A DNA stretch of 64,000 bases. Origin: Balanoglossus misakiensis. Its lineage: Eukaryota; Animalia; Hemichordata. How positions within the stretch are numbered: the stretch's first letter is position 1; the number at the start of each line of letters is the position of its first letter. Position numbers and translations under genes: made by a program. A model generated the notes under the pieces. It ran no database searches. It was not told the origin of the DNA and saw only the letters and a list, made by a program, of their open reading frames with translations. This document shows positions 57,701 through 64,000 of the stretch, in pieces. The stretch is taken from assembly GCA_040954595.2 (NCBI GenBank), contig CM082576.2, positions 6,699,129 to 6,763,128 on the forward strand. Direction: 5' to 3'.

Positions 57701-60700
57701 CTAACACTCTGCCCGGTGAACCGCCTGCTGGTCCTTCATCCGTGAGTTCTCCTTCCAAGAGCAGCGTGATTTTATTTTTGAACTCGCCCCGAGGAATGCT
57801 GGGCGAGGTCAGAACACTCGACTCGATCAACTGGAGATACGCTGCCCTGGTAACATAACATCTATTGCACCTGAAAATCAAACGGAATGTTTCAGTCACT
57901 CAGCTCTCAATTCTCCACATTCCAATAATCACATGTTGCACTGAGAATCACCTGGTGAAAGCTGAAATGAAATATGCTTTCTGCATTTGCACTGGTGACA
58001 GAAACGGAGATGTTGATGACAGCATAAGTGTACTGACCTTCTCCCAAGCCAAAAACAATCTGCCAACCTTGGCAGTGCCGTACTCGTTAACTCTTCCTGT
58101 ATACTGATTGGTAGTCTATGATCACTGTGGTTCTGCTGTAGTAGGTAATGTAACTGGAGAAATGAAATAGAGAATGAGGGGGAAATGGATCATGGAAATA
58201 CATATATCTTATATGAAGTTAATAGTTGTCAAAGTCAACTTGATCACCTCTGAAGTATTTTCTAAATTTGAATTTTGTAATTGAACTTTCTTGAGCATGA
58301 ATGACACATAACTGCAAGTTAATTGGATTATATGGAAAATTTACCTGCAACAGCACACCATGTACGGCATTCTGAGATAGCGTCGCATCAGCTGAAGATG
58401 ATGGCAGTGAGATGATCAACTCTGTAACCATGGACACCAGTTTGTTGGTGGGCGTGAGAGATGCCAGCGCCCGGGCTGCAATGGTCCTTGTCTTCCATAC
58501 GCTACTCTTACAACACCTGAACACGAGAAACAATGGGTGTTTACGACAAATGCAACAACAATCAACCGACACGAGGTCAAAACGTATATTGGGTAGAGAA
58601 AATATTGCTTCAGTTGTGTTCTGACTGACTGAACGTGTTTCTGACTGTCTGAAAATCTTAAGTATCACTTGGATCCACTGGTCCTATTATCTCTGTGTCT
58701 GTCTGTCTTTATGTCTTCTACGCCCCTTTTCTCCCGTCCCTCCCTCCCTCCCCCACTCCTCCCTGCCTGCCTCCTTCTCTCTGACCATGAATTCTGAAGG
58801 AAACACACAACAGGAAGCTGACTCACTGTTGAATGTGTGGAATGAAATCCATCGACGACTGGGCACAATCCACACCATCAAACATTGATGAGTACAAGCG
58901 AGACAGAATCAGCAGTATGGCAAACTGACTTGGCTGCAAACTTCAAAAAAAGACAGAAATGCAGTCCATTACAAAGTTTAGACATCCAGCAGAGAGAATG
59001 CAATTTGCTTGATGATGCCTATAAACATTTTCAATGGAATAAGCTTCACCCTTTAATTTTAACAATTAAAATCATGAAAGGCTAAACACACCAAACAAAA
59101 GAACCGGAGAGAGTTTAACATTCTGATGCAGTACAAGATGAAGCATATACATGTACATGTACCTATTCTTGTTTGCTGAAAGTCCACTTACTTATTTGTT
59201 TGTTTGTTCACCGTCTTGAGATGCTCCAGAAGAAATCCATGAAGACTGGGAAATCTGGCAAAGAACTCTCTGCCACTCATCCTACATAAGAAACAATATG
59301 TGTTTTTCTAAACTCAAAAACTACAGTACAGATGGATTCCTTGGTACTGACAGACGAAAACTACTGGCATTCATAAACAGCACCCTGGTGTTCAAAGTGT
59401 AGTGTCCTTTCTTTTTTAAGAACAGGTATGGTTATTATTTTCACGCATTTTATCCTATAAACTATATACCCTTGGCCCAACAAATGTGAGCTGTAGATCT
59501 TGAATAGTCCAGTCCACTTACTGATTCTTCTTGGAATGTTCATCTTTTGACCGTTTCACCCCAAATATTCTTGTTACCAGGGCATTCAGCAACATCATAC
59601 AAGAATTTCTTACCTGGAAATAAATCGGTATCCATTTATTTTTTTAGATTGTATATTGCAAGTAGTTTGCAGCTTTACAAGAAACTATTATGATGGTACA
59701 CAAATGTTATTGTTCAACGAGCGTAAAAACATAGAGAATTCATTTCACATCTTCTGAGAATCAAAACAGGGTACATTACTTACAGCCCATCTCTGAGAAT
59801 CAAATCCCACTACAGCGACCTTGACACCATCAGCGATGAACGGAAACACATCCTCTCCCAGTTGACTGTCTCTGTACAGTGCACACAAAACATTCAGAGA
59901 GTGGACCTGTAGAGATGTGAGTACATGTATGAAGAAATGTGGTTATTGTGGGCATGGGATCTTCTGTGTGAAAGATGAACACACTGTACAGAAGAAATCA
60001 ACAGTCAGGGAAAATCTGAACGTTGTTCTTTGGGAAATTGTCCTTGAGATTCAGTGGGAGAGCTACAAGTTTGATGTAATTACCTGGGAAGTGAACGTTG
60101 ATTCCTGTTCCGTCTTTCCTTTGGCCAGTGTCAACAGCGTAACCATTGCATTTCTGAAATGTTCTCTTTCACTTTGTAAGACAGGCTCTGCATTCAAAAT
60201 AGCCTTAGGATAAATGCAATACATACAAATAAGTTGACAAAAATTTATACAACTTAATTTTTTCTTATTAACCATTATTCTGATAATTTTTGAGTCAAAA
60301 GAACACACACACATTTTTGGTTCAGACACATGCTAAATTGTGCCTAAAATGACTCCAGTGTTGAAGTCTGTAGGTGTGGCAAACACAGGATAGAGACAAT
60401 TGGCTACCTGAAACGCAAATGGGATTCCGGCACTGCGTCTTGTGGCACACAGCTGTGAGCTGGGACTCTCACAACTCATCTCAGACAGTAAAACCTGCAG
60501 CCACTGCTTGGGAAGACAATTCAGTGTTTTCTCCGAGTTCCTGAAAGAAGTGAATGGGTCAAATGTATTAAATTCGAAACTCATAAATATTTGACATTTT
60601 TGTTATCTGTAGGTCATTTGACAACGACAAAGTAGGCGAGACACATACCTCCACAATTTGTGACAGAGTTGTTCAAAACCATTGTAAGACAATTCAAAGG

Positions 60701-63700
60701 CTCCTCTGTGACGTGCATTCATTAACAGATCCATGAAAAAATCACCAATCTTTGTCATCTGAAAAATAATGAACACACTTCAATAATCATCTCAACATTA
60801 AATTGTTTCAAACTCATACTGAATTTAAAGTTGTATGACACACCTGTTGGGCAGGCAACAATGGTGACTTTTGACCTCGACCTCTTGACATCTGGGTAAG
60901 CTGCCCGAGGAGCAGCGACACTTCCTTCATGGTGATCCAACAACACACCAACACCATCTGCGGGGTGACAGTGACACTAGTTGACCCTTGACCTTCCTCG
61001 CCGTTGTCCACCTCTGCCTGGTTTTTGAACACCAGGCATTCCAAGCTGACACTTGCATCTGTAGTAGGAATAACAAATCAAATGCCAATACGTGAATAGA
61101 GACAGATTTGAAATTGGAAGAAGTTCTGGATTCAATGGTTTTGCAAGCTTCTCTGAAATAGAGCAATTCAACACACGGATGTGGCGGTTCAAAGCATGTG
61201 ATGAAGATAGCAAAATCTCACCTTTCTCATTGTCTACTGGGAGATACCCTTCTGGTGATGAGTTACACACCACAGGAGACACAATGGATGCAGCCTCTAA
61301 ACAGAGCTGAATTATTTTGTCTGTATAATTCTCCAGGAAACTGAAAAACAATAAAAAAATAAAGTTCATTTTAGCTATCAAATCCACATAAAATAATAGC
61401 CTTCATCAAACAACTCATAAAACAACTCAAACTATCTGAGATGGTGAAACGAGAAATACAAGACAAACTCAGCTGGGCCAATGTTCATTTAGTTAGAGAC
61501 TGAGGCTTCGAACCTTCAGTCAAAGATTGATGCAAGTGTGCAAAAGCTGCAAAGTCCATGCTAATAACATGTGTACATGTACCTGCCACTTTCACGAGCC
61601 AGCTTATCTTTCAGAATGACTCTGACACAGTACAGCACTCCATACATGGGGTAGCTAGCTGCAGCTTGAAGAAGGCTGGCTTTGGCTGCCAGGATGTGCT
61701 CCTGCAGACTGGTCAGCAAATCTGCAACCACCTGCTCTGTGGTCACCGCACCACACTGGCACGTCAGACTCAGGATGTTGGCGGCGATGACACTGTCTTG
61801 TGGTCTGCAGCCGTTGGCCAGATCCAAGCCTGTCTTGTAGAGATGACTCACCTGAAAAATTGCAACAAAGATACATTGGAACATGGTGGAATGATATAAG
61901 CTCTAATTATGAGTACCAACACATAGCAGCAATACCCTGAAGTGACATTCTGATGCAAAGTCATGTGTGATATTCATTAATTCTGTGCTCTGAGAGTTCT
62001 TCATCAAAACCACAGGCAAAACAAAATCACACAACCAATTACCTTGTCAGAGATATGAGGTACATTCACAAGGAGCTGATATGCCATCTCTCTGTTTCCT
62101 ACATAAGTATCTGTCAGACATTCCAGGATGCTTTGGACATGAACAGGGGTCCACTGTGATGAGAATGAAAACTCAACTCCTTCTTTCTTGCCTAAAATTC
62201 AAAGAAAAAGACTGTACGATTATTTTTAGCCTTTTTACTGTGCATTCCTTCCAAAGATTTTTTCCCACTTTCACCTAAAAGAGAACGTGCAAGACAGTAT
62301 GTTTTATGATTCATATTGAACTTGGTGATATCTGTATTGACATTATGAGATGACCAACCAGTAAAATTTGGCAGGAGTTGAGTGAATGAACTCATTCTGA
62401 CAGCGGCAGTAGACAATCTTTAATACACTACCTTGCACCAGTCTGAATGTGTCCTGTAGTAACGTCAGTATATTCAGTGTTATCGCTCTTCGAGGATAGC
62501 AGGCATCACAGTACATGCTGCTGAATGCAAAGGCAAACAGCCATTCTAGGAATTCCTATAGTGTAGCAAAAAAGAATTGTCAACATTATGTTAAAGGGAA
62601 AATATCGATAACTTTTTTACATTATTATTTTGTTCATTTCATTTTCACGTTCCTTTTTGCAAGGTTAAATTTTACAGCAATTTTTCTGACCCACATGAAG
62701 AGAACAATTCAATTAAACATTTTCTTGCACCTCTCTCACCTTATAACTTGTTAGCAGGTTCTTGGTGTCCTCTTTGTGCCTCTGTTTCCATAGCAACATG
62801 CCTCCTTCTTGTATCCTTGACAATATCTTTATTTTGGAAAAAATTACCAGAAGATTAACTGGCACATGAAATCACATGAAATCGACAATGGGAAATCAAA
62901 ATCTGAGTTGAATTCAGTGGGAGCGTGCGTTAACATCTGCATTATTGAAGTCATGGTACATGTATATGCATGGGTGTTGTTGTATCACAATCGACCAGTA
63001 TTCACCAAATTTAATGACCTTTTTGATGTTGGACATGATGCAATGTCTGGTGGCAGCTGATTGGTTCTTTACGTTACACTCCAGGTACAGTTGAATCAGT
63101 TGGAAGTCGGTGCCGGTGAAGACTTCTGTTGATTTGGGAGAGTCACAGATCAGGCTCAGAGCTTGGAGGGAAATCTGGGTATAACAAAGTGGGAAAAGAC
63201 AAATGTCATGACAGTCATTGTTAGTATATGAGGCTGATCACCATTGACACATCATCACATGTATTACACTGTCTTCTTGCACTTCTGCAGAGTACAATAA
63301 AACTCAACAGCAGAAGTTACTAGTACCTGATGATCTTGATGACAGATTGCCTGTCTGAGTAACGACACAGGTATAACACCATGCCAGCTCTCAGCATCCC
63401 CGTTGCATTCCCTGCCAAGCAACCCTTGACTGCGTGCAACTTTCAAACAAGTAATCATGACTGACAGGTGTGTCTCTTGGGGTGACGTCTGTAGGCTACT
63501 GATGATGTATTCCAGTGATTCGGGGTTGTTTTTCAGTAGCCTTGGCAACAGGTACTGTAAGAAAAGATGAGTAACAAGCCATCACTGACAACAGTGTTCT
63601 CACCAGCTGTCTCTGATAGTATTATTTGTAATAATTGGAATTTACAATTCCTAAAGTTCAGATTCCAACAACAGAACATATATACCATACTTACCTGCAC

Positions 63701-63856
63701 TAGCAATGTGGAGCCTAGTTTACTGGAGTTGAGGATTTTCAAGACAGGGGGCAGCCATATTTGTTGCCATGTTTCATGAACCTGACGGCCATTTTTCGAT
63801 ATCTTCTCTGTTTGTTGTTTGTGTGATTGCAATAGCTTCTCGTACAGGTCGCTTGC
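54743..63856 (-). CDS. THADA: THADA / Trm732 homologue (ARM-repeat, DUF2428 region); 3' ~1,350 aa, 5' part beyond the right edge
   Basis: 25 phase-consistent exons from 63856-63695 down to 55186-54743. Examples: 61340-61222 (VVCNSSPEGYLP), 61058-60844 (VTPQMVLVCCWITMKEVSLLLGQL), 60758-60649 (RHRGAFELSYNGF), 60540-60408 (CATRRSAGIPF), 59906-59784 (VHSLNVLCALYRDSQLGEDVFPFI), 59613-59522 (VRNSCMMLLNALVTRIFGVKR) and 59281-59192 (MSGREFFARFPSL). Confidence 0.94.
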
Positions 63857-64000
63857 CTGGGAACGATGTGGATATGAAATTTTATTTAGTTTTATTTTGA
63901 TGCACCATTGCAATTTCTTGTAAGTGTGCAGAAGTTCAAACCAGGGTTAAACAAGGAATACAGTGTGACACTGTGAAAAGACAGACATACAATGTCTGAT

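Overview
Intron-rich animal genomic DNA with GT-AG introns, microsatellites and transposon relics. It is probably from a marine invertebrate deuterostome (inference only). There are no prokaryotic features, and most ORF-track entries are spurious or exon fragments. The left ~44 kb holds two tandem minus-strand paralogues of a divergent GABA-B-receptor-like class C GPCR. Gene B is complete (17 exons, ~819 aa). Gene A has 5 exons in the window and runs off the left edge. Each starts with a remote signal-peptide micro-exon and shows a remodelled ligand pocket. This region also contains a solo LTR with a 4-bp TSD, a 3-copy foldback MITE family and a Helentron-like relic. The right ~18 kb is a tightly packed, CpG-depleted cluster: cryptochrome-DASH (+), COA8/APOPT1 (-), an unnamed Ser/Arg/Lys-rich protein gene (+) that shares a 114-bp bidirectional promoter with COA8, and the 3' part of THADA (-). 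All exon models were built by hand from splice sites and phase, without transcript data.
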